A DNA stretch of 64,000 nucleotides from an uncultured bacterium (GTDB lineage: Bacteria; Patescibacteriota; Minisyncoccia; UBA6257; GWB1-50-10), in assembly GCA_903847915.1 (NCBI GenBank), contig CAINEW010000022.1, positions 1,268 through 65,267 of the forward strand, written 5' to 3'. The stretch's first letter is position 1. Each line of letters starts with the position of its first letter. Shown here piece after piece: positions 50,148-59,116 of the stretch. The position numbers and the translations under genes are program-made. Under the pieces are notes generated by a model, which saw only the letters and a program-made list of their open reading frames with translations, did not search any database and was not told where the DNA came from.

Positions 50148-51197
50148 TTACTTCCTCTCGGTAAGCACCACTTTCACTTTCATTTCTTTCCCATTACGAA
50201 GAAGAATAAGTGTGATGGTTTCTCCTACATTCGCATTTTGGAGAAAATCAGGAATGCTTTTATCTTCATTAATTTGTACCCCATTCCATGAGAGAACAAT
50301 ATCACTTTCCTTAATACCCGCCTTTCCAGAAGGGCTTTCAGGAATCACAGCTTGATCGAGCGGATGTTCTTTCGTGACAAACGCGCCATAGGCGACGGGA
50401 AGTTTTAATTTCTCTTGAAGATTTTTATTGAGGGTCAAGTAGCGAAGACCGAGAAGAGGGCGTTTAATATGGCCATAGCGATCAAGATCAGAAAGATCAC
50501 GTTCTGCCGCACTAATCGGAATCGCAAAGCCGATGTTTTGTGCGCCAGAGACAACGGCAGCATTAATGCCAATCGCACGTCCGAATAAATCAACTAACGG
50601 TCCGCCAGAATTGCCGGGGTTAATCGCCGCATCGGTTTGAACAAGTCCACGCATTTCTTGTGGGGGAGCAAAAGAATCCGCTTGCGCAGTTACCGCGCGA
50701 GAGAGACCAGAAATAATGCCTGAAGAAACAGTATTTTTAAAAATACCGAGCGCATTCCCAAACGCGATCACTGTTTGTCCAAGTTGAAGGTCGGAAGAAT
50801 TGCCAAGAGTGACGGTAGGAAGGGGGCGGAGAGGTGTCACTTTTAAAATAGCAACATCATTGACTGGATCGCGCGCAAGAATTGTTGCAGAAAGTGATTG
50901 GCTGTCATTTGTGATAATAGTATATTGCGCATTTGTTTCATTAATAACGTGTTTGTTGGTAAGGATGACACCATTTGCGCGCACCACAAATCCAGAACCA
51001 CCTCCCACTTCCACCATGCCACGCGCGTCTATTTTTTCTGGAGGAATTTGGAGATCTATTTTTTTCTTTCGTGGGTTTTGCGCGCGAAAATCTGCTTCTA
51101 AATCACTTATGTGTTTTGTAACAATAACCGAAACCACCGCAGGCATAACCTGCGTTACGGTACGCATCAAAGGAGACGATTCTCTTTGAGAAAACAT
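50148..51197 (-). CDS. htrA: S1C family serine protease with PDZ domain (HtrA/DegP-like)
   Basis: Catalytic triad context TNKHVI...D...GNSGGPLVD and a C-terminal PDZ domain; 349 aa. Confidence 0.85.
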   Translation of the reverse strand: MFSQRESSPLMRTVTQVMPAVVSVIVTKHISDLEADFRAQNPRKKKIDLQIPPEKIDARGMVEVGGGSGFVVRANGVILTNKHVINETNAQYTIITNDSQSLSATILARDPVNDVAILKVTPLRPLPTVTLGNSSDLQLGQTVIAFGNALGIFKNTVSSGIISGLSRAVTAQADSFAPPQEMRGLVQTDAAINPGNSGGPLVDLFGRAIGINAAVVSGAQNIGFAIPISAAERDLSDLDRYGHIKRPLLGLRYLTLNKNLQEKLKLPVAYGAFVTKEHPLDQAVIPESPSGKAGIKESDIVLSWNGVQINEDKSIPDFLQNANVGETITLILLRNGKEMKVKVVLTERK

Positions 51198-51869
51198 TTA
51201 TTTGACGATAATTGTGCCAGTATTACCAGGAGCAAGATGATCGTGATACTTCCATGTGCCAGGGAGATCAAATTGAAATGACCACGATTTTCCGGATTTT
51301 ACATCTTTACAGGCATCAAAGATGCTATTAATACATCCGCCACTTACGGGATATAAGTCATGCTTCGGATGAGGACCTGATGCAGGCCACATATCCACAT
51401 CGCTGAAATTTTTGAAAGTGACCACCTTGCCTTTTGAGACAGTAACCGTTGCAGGAGAAAAGCCATTAGTGGTATAAGTAATTTCCACATTTTCTCCTGG
51501 TTTGAAAATAGCGCTTGGAGTTTGATTAGGAAGAATTACTTCGCCATTTCCATCAATGTGCTTGCCTTCATTATTGACAGGAAAATTTTCTGCGCGCGGA
51601 ATACTATTTGGATTAAACGATGCGGGCTTTTTTGGGGTAAAAAGAATCAACCCAAGAGCGACGACTAAAACGATACCGATAAGAATGCTAATTTGTTTTT
51701 TGTTCATCATAGTATATAAATAATTATTGTTATTGTTGTGGTGAGAATGAGAGAGATGAGAATGCGTTCGACCTTTTCTCTTCCGTTGTTCAATACTCAT
51801 TGTCTTATTATACAGAAAATCCCCGGAAGGGGGGAGTGAATAAGTTTTTTTCGGTATTTGTTGAACCAA
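51198..51869 (-). CDS. hypothetical membrane-anchored protein with C-terminal beta-sandwich (cupredoxin-like?) domain
   Basis: 223 aa with a poly-Asn/His tract, one TM helix and a beta-rich C-terminus. No clear copper ligand set. Confidence 0.35.
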   Translation of the reverse strand: MVQQIPKKTYSLPPSGDFLYNKTMSIEQRKRKGRTHSHLSHSHHNNNNNYLYTMMNKKQISILIGIVLVVALGLILFTPKKPASFNPNSIPRAENFPVNNEGKHIDGNGEVILPNQTPSAIFKPGENVEITYTTNGFSPATVTVSKGKVVTFKNFSDVDMWPASGPHPKHDLYPVSGGCINSIFDACKDVKSGKSWSFQFDLPGTWKYHDHLAPGNTGTIIVK

Positions 51870-51939
51870 AATAACAAATATGAGATTTTGAGCTTAATAG
51901 GATATATGTGTAATGCATATTTTCACTAAAAATCGGCTT

Positions 51940-52136
51940 GCAATTCCGTAGCTTTAGCGAAGGATTGCGGAAGCGGAAGGAGTCGAACGTCGCTCTGCTC
52001 CTTAAAAACCCATGGTTTTCAATACATTCCTCTACGGAAGGGACGCGGTTACTTCCCTTCCGACCCATCCCTCATTCGAATCCTTCATCACTATATAACA
52101 AAAAAGAACGACATAAAGTCGTCCCTTTTTGTTATG
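51940..52136 (-). repeat. tRNA-trailing mosaic element, copy after tRNA-Ser(TGA)
   Basis: Described in tRNA orientation. Hairpin AACAAAAAGGGACGAC...GTCGTTCTTTTTGTT; inverted T-arm GAAGGATTCGAAT; GGGTCGG plus hairpin GGAAGGGA/TCCCTTCC; hairpin AAAACC-ATG-GGTTTT; AAGGAG; GACGTTCGAC; direct repeat CTCCTTCCGCTTCCGCA of the tRNA 3' end; then CTTCGCTAAAGCTACGGAATTGCAAG. Confidence 0.6.
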
Positions 52137-52223
52137 CGGAAGCGGAAGGATTCGAACCTTCGAGACCATTTCTGATCTACTTGTTTTCAAGACAAGCCCT
52201 TTCAACCACTCAGGCACGCTTCC
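52137..52223 (-). tRNA. tRNA-Ser (anticodon TGA), type II
   Basis: Reverse complement GGAAGCG-TG-CCTG...; anticodon stem CTTGT/ACAAG with loop CTTGAAA; long variable arm; T-arm GAAGG-TTCGAAT-CCTTC; discriminator G. Confidence 0.75.
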
Positions 52224-52266
52224 TTTATCGTCCGTTTAGTGTATTAAAAAACAAGAAAAAAGTAAA

Positions 52267-52593
52267 TTAGTGCGAGAAAATAGATGTCGTGATCGCTTCA
52301 CGTGCCCATAGTGTAAGTGTTTCTCTATTTTCAATAATTTCTTCAGGGACTTCATAATAATTTTTTAACACCTGTCTTTTGCTCGGGGCAAAAGGTTGCA
52401 TATTGTATTGTTCAAATTTTTTCTTGGTAATTTCATCTGTTTTAAAATAGAGATGATTATTTGAAATGATAGCAAAGAAAGTAGCACCGGCATAAAATCC
52501 ATAACCAGAAAACATTTTTCGTGCCCGCACATTCTCCAATTCGTTTAATTGATCTAGTACAAAATCACAAAAAGAATCTTGATGTGTATGCAT
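52267..52593 (-). CDS. TfoX/Sxy N-terminal domain protein (competence-regulator-like)
   Basis: RKMFSGYGFYAGATFFAIISNNHLYFKTDE matches the TfoX_N core (MFGGYGLY...LYLK). Confidence 0.6.
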   Translation of the reverse strand: MHTHQDSFCDFVLDQLNELENVRARKMFSGYGFYAGATFFAIISNNHLYFKTDEITKKKFEQYNMQPFAPSKRQVLKNYYEVPEEIIENRETLTLWAREAITTSIFSH

Positions 52594-52631
52594 TGTTAAA
52601 AGTTATTTATTTATAATCTTAAGTTGTTTTG

Positions 52632-52704
52632 TGTCCCCACTCCGAATTGAACGGAGATATGCAGCTTAGGAGTCTGCCGCTCTATCCATTTGAGCTATAG
52701 GGAC
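52632..52704 (-). tRNA. tRNA-Arg (anticodon CCT)
   Basis: Reverse complement GTCCCTA-TA-GCTC-AAATGGATA-GAGC; anticodon loop CTCCTAA; T-arm CTCCG-TTCAATT-CGGAG; acceptor 3' strand TGGGGAC-A. One A·G mismatch at the base of the anticodon stem. Confidence 0.65.
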
Positions 52705-52720
52705 CCTATTACGTTTTACT

Positions 52721-53101
52721 ATGCCTCATATTGAGCTTTTCGTAAACATGAAGTATGATAAATCTGCCGTGAACGAACATTTCTTTGAGGGTCAGCGTCT
52801 TTCAGATAAAACGTGTAAAAAAATAGAACGAACCCTGCAACAGCTTCGTGAAGAATTGGGTAATGTAGAGTGGACAGACGTGCACGATCACGGGTCAAGT
52901 GTATTTACCGTCACGTTTACTGATAATGCAGGTACGCGGCATACGCTTGGGTTTACAAAAATAGGCGATAGTTTGCCTGTGGATGGGGGTTTTTATCCGA
53001 TTGAAGAAGTGGTAGAGGCGAGTGTTCGTTTTCCCGATAATCTCGAAGAAGGAATTAAAATAATCCACAAAACACACCAAGAAGAAAAAGAGGGCGTTTA
53101 G
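52721..53101 (+). CDS. hypothetical protein
   Basis: 126-aa ORF; the 3' end overlaps the start of tRNA-Val(GAC) by about 10 nt. Confidence 0.4.
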   Translation: MPHIELFVNMKYDKSAVNEHFFEGQRLSDKTCKKIERTLQQLREELGNVEWTDVHDHGSSVFTVTFTDNAGTRHTLGFTKIGDSLPVDGGFYPIEEVVEASVRFPDNLEEGIKIIHKTHQEEKEGV

Positions 53102-53163
53102 TTTAGTGGTAAAACGTCACATTGACATTGTGAAGACCGCAGGTTCGATCCCTGCAACGCCCA
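53092..53163 (+). tRNA. tRNA-Val (anticodon GAC)
   Basis: GGGCGTT-TA-GTTT-AGTGGTA-AAAC; anticodon stem TCACA/TGTGA with loop TTGACAT; T-arm GCAGG-TTCGATC-CCTGC; acceptor AACGCCC-A. Confidence 0.8.
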
Positions 53164-53173
53164 CACGAAACGC

Positions 53174-53244
53174 GGGCCTATAGTAAAATGGTATTACGCG
53201 TCCATGGCATGGATGAGGTCGGGGTCCGATTCCCCGTAGGTCCA
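53174..53244 (+). tRNA. tRNA-Ala (anticodon GGC)
   Basis: G3·U70 alanine identity pair in the acceptor GGGCCTA/TAGGTCC; anticodon loop ATGGCAT; T-arm CGGGG-TCCGATT-CCCCG. Confidence 0.75.
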
Positions 53245-53259
53245 CCTACAAAGAAATAA

Positions 53260-53346
53260 GGAAGGTTGGCAGAGTGGTCTAATGCGCCGCACTCGAAATG
53301 CGGTTGGGGAGAAATCCCCTCGGAGGTTCAAATCCTCCACCTTCCG
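53260..53346 (+). tRNA. tRNA-Ser (anticodon CGA), type II
   Basis: GGAAGGT...; anticodon stem CCGCA/TGCGG with loop CTCGAAA; long variable arm GGGGAGAAATCCCC; T-arm GGAGG-TTCAAAT-CCTCC; discriminator G. Confidence 0.8.
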
Positions 53347-53535
53347 CAGGAGGATTTGAACAAGGAGTGGGGTCGGGAGAACACTTGATCTCCCGTGTCG
53401 GAAACCCGCCCGAACGTACCCCGCCAGAATGACTTGTCGGGCTGGCGTTCGGTACGGGCGGGCATTAAAACCGAAGGGTTTTAAAAAATATGCATTCGCA
53501 TATTTTGTTTAACTCCTCCACCTTCCGCCTTTGCT
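53347..53535 (+). repeat. tRNA-trailing mosaic element, copy after tRNA-Ser(CGA)
   Basis: Inverted T-arm GGAGGATTTGAAC immediately after the tRNA; GGGGTCGG plus hairpin GGGAGA-ACACTTGA-TCTCCC; palindromic core CCCGCCCGAACGTACCCCGCCAGAATGACTTGTCGGGCTGGCGTTCGGTACGGGCGGG; hairpin TTAAAACC-GAA-GGGTTTTAA; direct repeat TCCTCCACCTTCCGC of the tRNA 3' end at 53518-53533. Confidence 0.6.
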
Positions 53536-53567
53536 CGCTAGCGAGTTACAACGGACAAACCCACAAA

Positions 53568-53598
53568 TAAAAACATCTCCTAGTGAGATGTTTTTATT
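53568..53598. terminator. bidirectional terminator (AAAAACATCTC-CTAGT-GAGATGTTTTT)
   Basis: Perfect 11-bp stem; immediately downstream of the minus-strand gene 53601-54146. Confidence 0.6.
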
Positions 53599-53600
53599 TC

Positions 53601-54146
53601 TTATAATCCTTGATGACGGGATCGTTGAGTACGGTTTATAAGTTCATCGCGGATTAATTCTGCGTCTGATTGAGAAAGTCCAGGTAGTCTTCCTTCTGAC
53701 ATCGCCGCGTTAGGAGCACTATATCCTGCAGTTTGGATTTGTAAATCAGAGAGTCCTAATATGCGCGCGATGATACCACGATAAATATCCACATTTTGAA
53801 TACGATCGTAAGGAATAGTGACATAACGTTTCCAAATCACCCCTGATTCTTTTTTAAACCCTTGTTCAGTAAGTTCATAGCGATAATAGTGATAAGAAAG
53901 GCGCGCCCAACAATACGCTCCTCCCACGGTCAAAACAATCCAGAAGAAAAAGGAAGAACCAAGAAATCCAAAAATCCATGTAGGATCGCCTTGTGTATTC
54001 ATTGAGACAAAGAAAGTAACCGCTCCCATCGTAATAATAGAGCCTGCAAACCATGCAAAAATCGCAAAAAGAGGAAGAAGTTTAAGAGTAAAAAGCCACA
54101 CTGCTTTCGGATCAAGTTGTTTCATAATGAATTTATTGTAATACAC
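53601..54146 (-). CDS. bacterial PH domain (bPH_2/YdbS-like) membrane protein
   Basis: Two N-terminal TM helices followed by a PH-like domain (…GVIWKRYVTIPYDRIQNVDIYRGIIARILGLSDLQIQTAG). Confidence 0.6.
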   Translation of the reverse strand: MYYNKFIMKQLDPKAVWLFTLKLLPLFAIFAWFAGSIITMGAVTFFVSMNTQGDPTWIFGFLGSSFFFWIVLTVGGAYCWARLSYHYYRYELTEQGFKKESGVIWKRYVTIPYDRIQNVDIYRGIIARILGLSDLQIQTAGYSAPNAAMSEGRLPGLSQSDAELIRDELINRTQRSRHQGL

Positions 54147-54197
54147 TAAAAGTTAAAAAATCAAATTAGTGCTCGGGGCGGGGATCGCCGCTCAAAT

Positions 54198-54479
54198 TTA
54201 TTTGAGCGATCCTCGCCCATCTTTAATGGGCGGGAACCCGCATTGAAAATATGTTTTTAATTTTCTTCTTCCTGCGCCACTTTTCCAGTAACGCTCTCTT
54301 ATTTTTGCGGTTGCAAGATCAAAGCTCTCCTCAATAAAAAGAATAATAAATGGTCTTCGGTTACGGGTTGCATCAACCTTTCCATTCATATGTTCCTCGA
54401 ATCGAATATCAATGTTTTTGGCATATCCCACATACGTTCTTTTGTCCTTTATACTTTGTAAAATATAAACACAATACAT
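54198..54479 (-). CDS. GIY-YIG nuclease family protein (YhbQ/UPF0213-like)
   Basis: MYCVYILQSIKDKRTYVGYAKNIDIRFEEHMNGK is a GIY-YIG motif. Start set at the internal Met because the longer ORF-track model (to 54551) overlaps tRNA-Leu. The ATG shares its A with the terminal A of the tRNA's encoded CCA. Confidence 0.6.
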   Translation of the reverse strand: MYCVYILQSIKDKRTYVGYAKNIDIRFEEHMNGKVDATRNRRPFIILFIEESFDLATAKIRERYWKSGAGRRKLKTYFQCGFPPIKDGRGSLK

Positions 54480-54565
54480 GGTGCTCGGAGTGGGAGTCGA
54501 ACCCACATGACCTTTATGGTCACAACATTTTAAGTGTTGCGCGTAAACCATTCCGCCATCCGAGC
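54479..54565 (-). tRNA. tRNA-Leu (anticodon TAA), type II, CCA encoded
   Basis: Reverse complement GCTCGGA-TG-GCGG...; anticodon stem CAACA/TGTTG with loop CTTAAAA; long variable arm; T-arm GTGGG-TTCGACT-CCCAC; acceptor TCCGAGC-A-CCA. Confidence 0.8.
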
Positions 54566-54575
54566 AAGGAACATG

Positions 54576-54647
<72 letters not shown>

Positions 54648-54688
54648 ATACTTCTTCCTCAATAATTCCTTTTATTGTTTTTTAAAAT

Positions 54689-55021
54689 CTACTCACTTAC
54701 AACCTCACTTATTTCGTCGCTTACCACTTCGTCTTTGTGATCATCAGCGACGAAGGCGATATGCGGAACGGGCTTAATGCGGAGTTTTTTGACAAGCATC
54801 TGTTGAAATCGTCCACGCGCATAGTGTAGCGCGCGTAACACCTCTAGTGTATTTGCTTCAGGAATGATACCAAGTTTTACTTTAGCATGCAATAAATCTT
54901 CATCTACCTGCACACTTGTAATAGTAACTAGTGTATCTTCCACAAAAAAGTCACGTGCAAGTATTTTGCCTAATTCGTGCTCAATCAAATCAGCAATTTT
55001 AAGATTACGAAAAGGACGCAT
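54689..55021 (-). CDS. rbfA: ribosome-binding factor A
   Basis: 110 aa; KH-like RbfA signature (…RDFFVEDTLVTITSVQVDEDLLHAKVKL...); sits immediately downstream of infB. Confidence 0.8.
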   Translation of the reverse strand: MRPFRNLKIADLIEHELGKILARDFFVEDTLVTITSVQVDEDLLHAKVKLGIIPEANTLEVLRALHYARGRFQQMLVKKLRIKPVPHIAFVADDHKDEVVSDEISEVVSE

Positions 55022-55026
55022 AAAAA

Positions 55027-56508
55027 TTAAGAGTTATTCAATTCAAATACAAGACGATAACCCACTTTAATCGGCTCTTCACTTTTCACTAACATTCCCG
55101 CTTCTTGATCTTTTTCTACTAAAGCGCTATCTGCGCGACCGACTTGAAGATTTAAAATAGATCCTTTTCCGATTAATTTTTTATCATCCCATATCTCAAA
55201 CGTTTCTTGGTTGTGAATAGGACCGCAGAGTACCTTGCCTCCCACAATGCGCTCATTTTGATTTTTCCCCTGACCAAACACCGCAAGGATTTCTAAGGTG
55301 CGTGCTTCGTGGGAAACTGTCTTTTTAAAATAAACTTCTAGTTCTTTTTGGAGGGTGTAAATAACCGCAGAGGTAAAAATCATCACCTTTTTCGCGTGTG
55401 CTAGGTTGCGCGCTGCGCTATCTTCTTTGGTGCGAAAACCAACAATTATCGCACCGGTGCTTTCTGCAAGTTTTACTTCGCTTTCGTGAATATTACCAAT
55501 ACTTTCTGCAACAATCACTAAGGGGTAAATTGCATCCATTGCGCGCACCAAAGTACTCAACACCTCAAGTGAGCCAGCTTCGTCTGCTTTCAAAATAATC
55601 ATTGTGCGTTTTGAAAGTTCTTCACGGGTAAATCGTGTCCGCGCAAGCGGGGGCACCACTTCTTCTTGAGGGAGCGTTGCTCGGATGGCTTGAAGATTAT
55701 TTCCTGCAACAAATGATTCTCCCACGCGCGGCGCCGTTTCAAATCCTAATAGAATGACAGGCGCACTAGGCAGAAGTGCGGACGCGGGTTTCCCTTCGTG
55801 ATTTTCCAATATTTTTATTCTTCCTGTAGCAGAGGGGGTGATAATAAAATCGCCTTGACGTGCTGTACCATTTTTCAAAATGCCTGTCGCAATAATACCT
55901 CGTTTTTGATCAATTGCAGAAGAGAGGATAATACCAGATGTAATAACATCAGGATCATATGAAAAATTTTCTACATCTGCTGTTAATTCTATAAGATCAA
56001 GGATCGCATCAACTCCCTCACCCGTTTTTGCAGAAATACCGTGCCATGAAATTGTACCTCCCCGCCCTTCAAGATAAATACCCGCCTTTGCACAATCATT
56101 TTTCACTTTTTCAAGATCAATGCCGGACTTATCAATTTTATTGATGGCGACAATATAAGGAATTTTCGTTTCTAAAATATAAGAAAGTGCATTAAGTGTT
56201 TGGGGTTGAATACCATCATCCGCCGCAATAACCAAAATCGCAATGTCTGCCGCCCGTGCTCCTCGCGCTCGCATAACTGCAAACGCTTCATGGCCGGGCG
56301 TATCAATAAACGTCATTTTTTTGTCGTGGTGAGTAATTTCATACGCGCCTACAGATTGCGTAATCCCACCTGCTTCTTTAGGGGCGGTGTTTGATTTACG
56401 AATAAAATCCAAAAGAGTTGTTTTGCCGTGATCTACATGACCCATCACGACGACAATCGGAGGTCTTTGCATAGTGTGTAAAATCAACCATACCAGAAAA
56501 ATCGGCAT
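55027..56508 (-). CDS. infB: translation initiation factor IF-2 (N-terminally minimal form)
   Basis: The G-domain [16 protein letters not shown] starts almost at the N-terminus; domains II-IV follow. The true start may be the Met at 56472. Confidence 0.88.
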   Translation of the reverse strand: MPIFLVWLILHTMQRPPIVVVMGHVDHGKTTLLDFIRKSNTAPKEAGGITQSVGAYEITHHDKKMTFIDTPGHEAFAVMRARGARAADIAILVIAADDGIQPQTLNALSYILETKIPYIVAINKIDKSGIDLEKVKNDCAKAGIYLEGRGGTISWHGISAKTGEGVDAILDLIELTADVENFSYDPDVITSGIILSSAIDQKRGIIATGILKNGTARQGDFIITPSATGRIKILENHEGKPASALLPSAPVILLGFETAPRVGESFVAGNNLQAIRATLPQEEVVPPLARTRFTREELSKRTMIILKADEAGSLEVLSTLVRAMDAIYPLVIVAESIGNIHESEVKLAESTGAIIVGFRTKEDSAARNLAHAKKVMIFTSAVIYTLQKELEVYFKKTVSHEARTLEILAVFGQGKNQNERIVGGKVLCGPIHNQETFEIWDDKKLIGKGSILNLQVGRADSALVEKDQEAGMLVKSEEPIKVGYRLVFELNNS

Positions 56509-56638
56509 TATACAAGGGAAAAATGAACTTGAGAAAAATAAAAAAATAAGGTACCATTGTTTTTATACCCAATTATTTGTCTTGGTTGGTGAAACAAGAG
56601 GTAAATAACTCCACACCAACTACGGCTATAGTTAGTGT

Positions 56639-56725
56639 GGAGGCGTGTCTGAGCGGTCTAAAGAAGCATCCTGCTAAGATGTTGATCGGGAAACCGGTCC
56701 GAAGGTTCGAATCCTTCCGCCTCCG
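56639..56725 (+). tRNA. tRNA-Ser (anticodon GCT), type II
   Basis: GGAGGCG...; anticodon stem GCATC/GATGT with loop CTGCTAA; long variable arm; T-arm GAAGG-TTCGAAT-CCTTC; acceptor CGCCTCC; discriminator G. Confidence 0.75.
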
Positions 56726-56940
56726 CATAACAAAAAGGAACGACTTTATGTCGTCCTCTTTTTGTTATATGATGACGAAGGATTCGAACAAGAGAGGGGT
56801 CGGGAGAACATCTGGTCTCCCGTGTTGGAAATAGCCCAAAGGGCGTTTAGAAACCACGGGTTTCTAAGGAGCAAAGCGACGCTCGACTACCTTCCGCCTC
56901 CGCAATTCTTCGCTAAAGCTACGGAATTGCAAGACGATTT
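56726..56940 (+). repeat. tRNA-trailing mosaic element, copy after tRNA-Ser(GCT)
   Basis: About 80% identical along its full length to the copy after tRNA-Ser(TGA). Hairpin AACAAAAAGGAACGAC/GTCGTCCTCTTTTTGTT; inverted T-arm GAAGGATTCGAAC; GGGGTCGG plus hairpin GGGAGA/TCTCCC; hairpin AGAAACC-ACG-GGTTTCT; AAGGAG; GACGCTCGAC; direct repeat CTACCTTCCGCCTCCGCA; CTTCGCTAAAGCTACGGAATTGCAAG. Confidence 0.6.
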
Positions 56941-57355
56941 AGTAAGGAAGTCCGGTGTAAAACACACGACCCTGACGAAAATCGAGGGAGATTTTATACA
57001 AAAGCCAAGTGTCCAAGTTATAGCGAAAATCGCTAAAGCGTTTCGTGAAGCAGCAAAATCCAATCAGAACTACAAATTAACGGTAAAAAATGGTGGGGTA
57101 TATGGCAGATCTAACAGTGGAGAGAGAATCCAAATTAATAATCTTGGTAAATGGCTTTTTGGAGTTTCTGGTTATAGGGGTCACGTGATCTATGGTCCTA
57201 TTTCAGCGACAGAATTTCGCGTCTATTATCCGGAAGGCGCACCAATTGAAGTTGTGAAGATGCTCGAAACTATTACTGGAGAAATGGTAAAGAGTAAATG
57301 TCTCTATTGGGGTAACACCGCCTACGAAGATCATTGGATGGCAACACAAATGTAG
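56927..57355 (+). CDS. XRE-type HTH-like protein (N-terminus uncertain)
   Basis: …LVRKSGVKHTTLTKIEGDFIQKPSVQVIAKIAKAF resembles HTH_3 helices 2-4. The ORF-track model starts at 56762 (TTG) inside the repeat element; the alternative TTG at 56927 lies at the element border. Followed by a terminator at 57372-57398. Confidence 0.35.
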   Translation: MQDDLVRKSGVKHTTLTKIEGDFIQKPSVQVIAKIAKAFREAAKSNQNYKLTVKNGGVYGRSNSGERIQINNLGKWLFGVSGYRGHVIYGPISATEFRVYYPEGAPIEVVKMLETITGEMVKSKCLYWGNTAYEDHWMATQM

Positions 57356-57371
57356 GTCATCAAATTTATAA

Positions 57372-57398
57372 AAATCATATCATAAAGATATGATTTTT
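57372..57398 (+). terminator. rho-independent terminator (AAATCATATC-ATAAA-GATATGATTT + T-run)
   Basis: Perfect 10-bp stem followed by TTTTTTATTT. Confidence 0.65.
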
Positions 57399-57556
57399 TT
57401 ATTTCTTTAGGAAGAACATCTTCTTTGTGGATAACTGCGGATCATTTGTGGCTGAAGGGGTTATAGAACACGCCGGTATGTGTCTAAGGATTTATTAAAC
57501 AAAATAGACAAATAATAGAAAAAACGCTAGAATAAACACCAGTGTTTTATGAATGC

Positions 57557-57628
57557 GCTCCCATAGTCTAACGGCTAGGACATCGCCCTTTCACGGCGGG
57601 GATAGGAGTTCGATTCTCCTTGGGAGTA
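57557..57628 (+). tRNA. tRNA-Glu (anticodon TTC)
   Basis: GCTCCCA-TA-GTCT-AACGGCTA-GGAC; anticodon loop CTTTCAC; T-arm AGGAG-TTCGATT-CTCCT; acceptor TGGGAGT-A. The D-arm is typical of tRNA-Glu. Confidence 0.75.
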
Positions 57629-57852
57629 CAAGATAATATAGTAGGTTGAAAAAATTAATAAAGGAGAATCGAACACGAGGAGGAGTCGGGAGGAAACGGG
57701 AGTGTCCTCCCGCGAAGGAGATCCCGCTCGTACCGAACGCCAGCCTGACAAATCATTCCGGGCGGGGTACGTTCGGGCGGGTATTCAGAACCGTGGGTTC
57801 TGAAGGAGTCCGCCCTGGGCGGACGACGTTCGCTTCTCCTTGGGAGTACAAG
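57629..57852 (+). repeat. tRNA-trailing mosaic element, copy after tRNA-Glu
   Basis: Inverted T-arm AAGGAGAATCGAAC; hairpin GGGAGGA/TCCTCCC; the palindromic core in reverse orientation (CCGAACGCCAGCCTGACAAATCATTCCGGGCGGGGTACGTTCGGGCGGG); hairpin CAGAACC-GTG-GGTTCTG; AAGGAG; hairpin GTCCGCCCTGGGCGGAC; GACGTTCGC; 19-nt direct repeat TTCTCCTTGGGAGTACAAG of the tRNA 3' end at 57834-57852. Confidence 0.6.
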
Positions 57853-57941
57853 GAAGCTTATCACGAGTAACTGATAACAAATAACAGAAAATAGATAAAA
57901 TTGAAATAAAAAAACTTCACAATAAAGATGAAGTTTTTTGA

Positions 57942-58283
57942 TTATGGCTTTAAAAAAATATAACCGTAGTTTTGTTGTGCTATAGAATATTTTGAAAAAT
58001 TAAAAAAACCAGCTATATTTTTTGTTTCCTTATTGATCAGCGCAACACCCTTAAAACGATAGACGTGAAAAAAATCATCAGGCTGTATAGCACTGAAGTG
58101 TGTAATATAGATACACAGAGGACCATTGAGCATAATAGTAACTTTAAGCGCACCGGCAATTTTAACATCTTCATCGTGACCGTTATAAGGATAATGATTC
58201 GCTAAAAAAACAAAATGAGCGAGAGCTAATCTTTCTACAGGCGCGACTATTTCATACTTTTCTTCTAAAATTCTTTTTCTCAT
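57942..58283 (-). CDS. hypothetical protein
   Basis: 113-aa ORF with no recognisable motif. Confidence 0.35.
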   Translation of the reverse strand: MRKRILEEKYEIVAPVERLALAHFVFLANHYPYNGHDEDVKIAGALKVTIMLNGPLCIYITHFSAIQPDDFFHVYRFKGVALINKETKNIAGFFNFSKYSIAQQNYGYIFLKP

Positions 58284-58408
58284 GTTTTATTTGTTAATGA
58301 ACAAATAAACATTAACAGAATAATATTAATATGTCAAATATTTACGATGAAGTAACACAAAACACAACAAATGATTTTTAAGTCATTTTTTGATATGATG
58401 AAGTAACT

Positions 58409-58876
58409 ATGGAAAACGAGAAAAAAATTGTGTGGCGGGCAGCAGAACGGGAACATCACGATCACACGCGCGAATGGTATCTTATTTTTGGAGGTATTGC
58501 AGTAGTGTTGTTGGTTGTGAGCATTTTTCAGAAAAACTTTTTCTTTGGAGTATTTGTGGTAATAGGCGTATTTACTCTTTTGATGTTTCATAAAGAAATT
58601 CCTCATATACGCGAATATGCACTCGGAAAAGAAATAATAACCATTGACGCAATAACGTATCATTACGAAGATTTTACGCGCTTTGCAGTGCGTGAACGGA
58701 AAGACACGCTTGATGAAATTGTGCTTTATCATGTGTCAAAAATAAATCCTCCATTGCGTTTGCCGATTGACCACGTCCTTGCTGAAAAAGTGCGCGCGGC
58801 ACTCAAAGAAAAATTAGAAGAAATAGAATACGACGAATCACTAACGGATGTAATGAAAGATATTTTCAAACTCTAA
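58409..58876 (+). CDS. hypothetical membrane protein
   Basis: 155 aa; two TM helices followed by a charged C-terminal domain. Confidence 0.45.
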   Translation: MENEKKIVWRAAEREHHDHTREWYLIFGGIAVVLLVVSIFQKNFFFGVFVVIGVFTLLMFHKEIPHIREYALGKEIITIDAITYHYEDFTRFAVRERKDTLDEIVLYHVSKINPPLRLPIDHVLAEKVRAALKEKLEEIEYDESLTDVMKDIFKL

Positions 58877-58998
58877 AAATTGCGAAATCGGATTATTTGA
58901 GATATAGTATAAGAGAATTTAATTATTCATTTCGGAAGGATAAGTTTTTAAATAAAAGCGAAAGAGGGCTGTGCCCTTCGTAGCTTGAGCGAAGAAGG

Positions 58999-59070
58999 GC
59001 CCTTGTCGTTCAAAGGATAGGACGCGAGATTGCGGATCTCGTAATAGAGGTTCGATTCCTCTCGAGGGCA
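58999..59070 (+). tRNA. tRNA-Arg (anticodon GCG)
   Basis: GCCCTTG-TC-GTTC-AAAGGATA-GGAC; anticodon stem CGAGA/TCTCG with loop TTGCGGA (G37); T-arm AGAGG-TTCGATT-CCTCT; acceptor CGAGGGC-A. Preceded 18 nt upstream by a GTAGCTTGAGCGAAG box. Confidence 0.65.
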
Positions 59071-59116
59071 CATAATAACTAGAAACAAATAACTACTAAC
59101 TTATAACTATTAAGAA

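Noticed and set aside
51808-52270. ORFs 51808-52068(-), 51938-52270(+) and 52032-52217(-)
   Set aside because: They overlap tRNA-Ser(TGA) and its trailing repeat element, and their translations are low-complexity. The region is better explained as non-coding.
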